In this document: positions 61,717-64,000 of the stretch, one piece after another
How the letters are laid out: each line of letters begins with the position of its first letter
Position numbering within the stretch: position 1 is the stretch's first letter
Assembly (NCBI RefSeq): GCF_000143415.4
Contig: NW_003314455.1
Coordinates: 1-64,000, forward strand
DNA from: Selaginella moellendorffii
Lineage: Eukaryota > Plantae > Lycopodiophyta
DNA length: 64,000 bases
Direction of reading: 5' to 3'
Notes under the pieces: model-generated
What the model saw: the letters and a program-made list of their open reading frames with translations, nothing else
Databases searched by the model: none
What the model was told of the DNA's origin: nothing
Translations under genes and position numbers: made by a program

Positions 61717-63587
61717 TCATAGAATGGGGTTGACCACCGCGCTGGGCTGAAGTTGTGACGACGCACCTGATCGCATCCGTCCTCTCTCCGAGTGAGAGTT
61801 CTCTGCAAACTTGAGTGCTGTGAGGTGCATCCCTTTGGCCTTCTCCTCCTCGCTCCACTCGGCGAGATAGTACGCCTCTTCGGTGGCTCCAGGATCGCTC
61901 GACGCCCTGCAAAGCATCCCTCCCCACTGCGGGAAGTAGACGCCCAGCAGCGCTAGCGAGCATCCCACGCTCATGGCGCCCATGAGACTAAACCCGGCCT
62001 CGAACGAGAAGGTCTCGTTGGTGAAGAAGATGAGCTGCGTCACCACTCCGCCCAGGTTGCCGCCACCCCCCGTGAGCCCCGCGAGAACTCCCAGCGATCG
62101 TCTCGACACGAACGGGACGATCCCAAACGTCGCACCGCACGCCGCCTGGAGGAAGATGGAGAAGAGGATGACGATGCCTATGGCAGTCCCGAGGGTGTTC
62201 ATGAAGCCCAGCAGCACACACATGAGTCCCCCGACTGTCTGGAAGAGGAAGAGGATCCAGAGGCGGCCGCGCATGCCGTAGGAGCGCGCGATCACGTCCG
62301 AGAGGATGCCGCCCATGGGGCGGGAGATGAAGTTGGCGAGGCCAAAGATGGAGGCGACGATGCCGGCGGTGCCGAGGTGGAGGCCGAACTCGTCGTAGAA
62401 GTACTCGGCGATGTTGTTAAAGACAGTGAGCTCCACGCCAAAGCTGTAGCCATAGACGAAGGCAAAGAGCCAGGTGCGATAGTTCTTGGCTGCGTTGCGA
62501 AGCACCTGTAGAAAAAGTAAAAAAGTTTAGTACAAGGAAGAGCAAAGTCAACATGCCCAAGAGCAAAAGTAAAAAAAACGTGAAAGCATCTCTACATGAT
62601 CGAATGCATTTTTCTACGCTACAAAACTTATCTAGCAACATTTTTTTGCCTAGATCAGAGCAGAGCAGTGACGCCCATGGACAGAGCTTTTCTCTGCTCT
62701 ACAAAATCTCAAAGCCAAAACAGCGTTAGCGGCAAGCAAGAGTCGAGATCCAGAGAGACTAGCTTACGTACCTTGCCAAAGCTGTCCTTGGTTTTGTGGC
62801 CCTGCTCCTTGAGATCGCGATAGTTCCCATCCGGGAGATCCTGGCCCAGGATCAGCACCGCCAGCCCCATGAACACATGCATCAGCCCCGGCACATAGAA
62901 GGCGATCCTCCAGGCCGTGAAATCGTTGGCTCCAAACTTGAGGATGAGCTGGTAGAGCAGCGGCATGAGAAGCTGCGTGACTCCGCCCCCAAAATCCCCC
63001 CAGCCTCCGGTGAATCCATTCGCCATGCCCACGATCTTGGTGTTGAACATGGTGCTCATCCAGAACTGGCACGAGACGAAGGTGGCGAGCGAGAATCCGA
63101 TGCAAAACCTCACGATGATGAATCCGGTGGGATCGGAGACGAGCGGCATGCAGAAGACCGGCGGGGCGGTGATCATGATGAGGATGGCGCAGCCGTAGCG
63201 CGGGCCGACGAGATCGCACACCGGGCCCATGAGGAAGCGCGAGAGGATGGAGCCGGAGATGGAGGCGATGGAGGCGCGGCCGACGTCGAGCTTGGTGAGG
63301 TCGAGGTTGTCGCGGATCACCGGGATGAGCGGCGGCGCCGCGAAGGTGGAGGTGAAGCAAGTGAAGAAGGCGATCCACGAGAGGTGGAAGCTTCTCATGT
63401 GGGGCTGCGCGAAGGAGAAGAGATCGAGCTTCTTGGCCTTGTGCTCGGAATCCACTGGGAGCCGGAACTTGGGAGCCGGATTGCGATGCTGCTGCTGCGA
63501 TGGAGATGGAGGAGGCGGCGAGAGATCGATGTCGACGAATCGCTGCGGCATTTCGATGGCGCCGGAGGAATTCACTGGGGATGCCAT
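61717..63587 (-). CDS. NRT2: High-affinity nitrate transporter (NRT2/NNP family MFS), 2 exons
   Basis: [10 protein letters not shown]...[15 protein letters not shown]...[69 protein letters not shown]. Intron 62506-62771. Confidence 0.97.
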
Positions 63588-64000
63588 GGACGACGATCTT
63601 GGCGACGATCGTGGAGTTCTCGCGATCTTGAGGCGCAACTGCAAGATTTGACAGAGAATTGCGCGGCTTGCCTGTGCGGATGGATCGATCTCTCTACGCC
63701 GATTCTCTGGCGGTGGCTCCCGGCATTCGGGGAACTTGGAACCCTCGGAAGAGAGGCAATGCTTCGCTCGCGAGCTCCCGAAAGAGGCGAGCTCTCGTTT
63801 CTTCCTTGCCTGTGATTCCTCTTCCCTCTTTAAAGAGCAAAACGAATCGCGCTACGTGGCGGCATCGCTGCCGTCCAGGTGGCAGCCCCTCGCGAGCGTT
63901 GACATTGAGTCGGCGAGTGTACGGCCGACCTTGACTCTAACCCTTGTCGTGAGGCGCGATGTACGGGAAGGGTACCCGCAAGTACACCAGCAAAAGAAAA

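Overview
Eukaryotic land-plant genomic DNA. The very short GT-AG introns (~45-70 bp), high gene density and PPR style suggest a lycophyte such as Selaginella; this is an inference, not a database match. Bases ~1-22 kb are a transposon block. It holds a disabled Mutator-like (DDE+SWIM) transposase gene and a convergent small Zn-finger gene. That small gene is split by two LTR elements sitting side by side in the same 5-bp target: a 7.25-kb non-autonomous LTR element and a tandem 5S-rRNA-carrying Cassandra-type TRIM. About 7 kb of AT-eroded, partly inverted Ty3/gypsy RT relics follow, mixed with fragments of a neighbouring host gene. At the block edge is an intact Crinkler-like gene (header + PD-(D/E)xK nuclease + kinase). 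Bases 24-47 kb are compact conserved genes: Alfin-like, R3H/SUZ, BBX, PFK, RPS16, NOP10, ARID-PHD, truncated HLH-ACT, glucan water dikinase, MND1, ERGIC and GNAT. Bases 47-64 kb are a dynamic cell-wall/stress region: three Ole e 1-domain proteins, PPR and peroxidase pseudogenes, an sHSP, an unknown-domain/B-lectin fusion, scrambled duplicates, an NHL/LEA_2 gene and an NRT2. Homology calls come from motif recognition by eye; exon boundaries are approximate unless stated.
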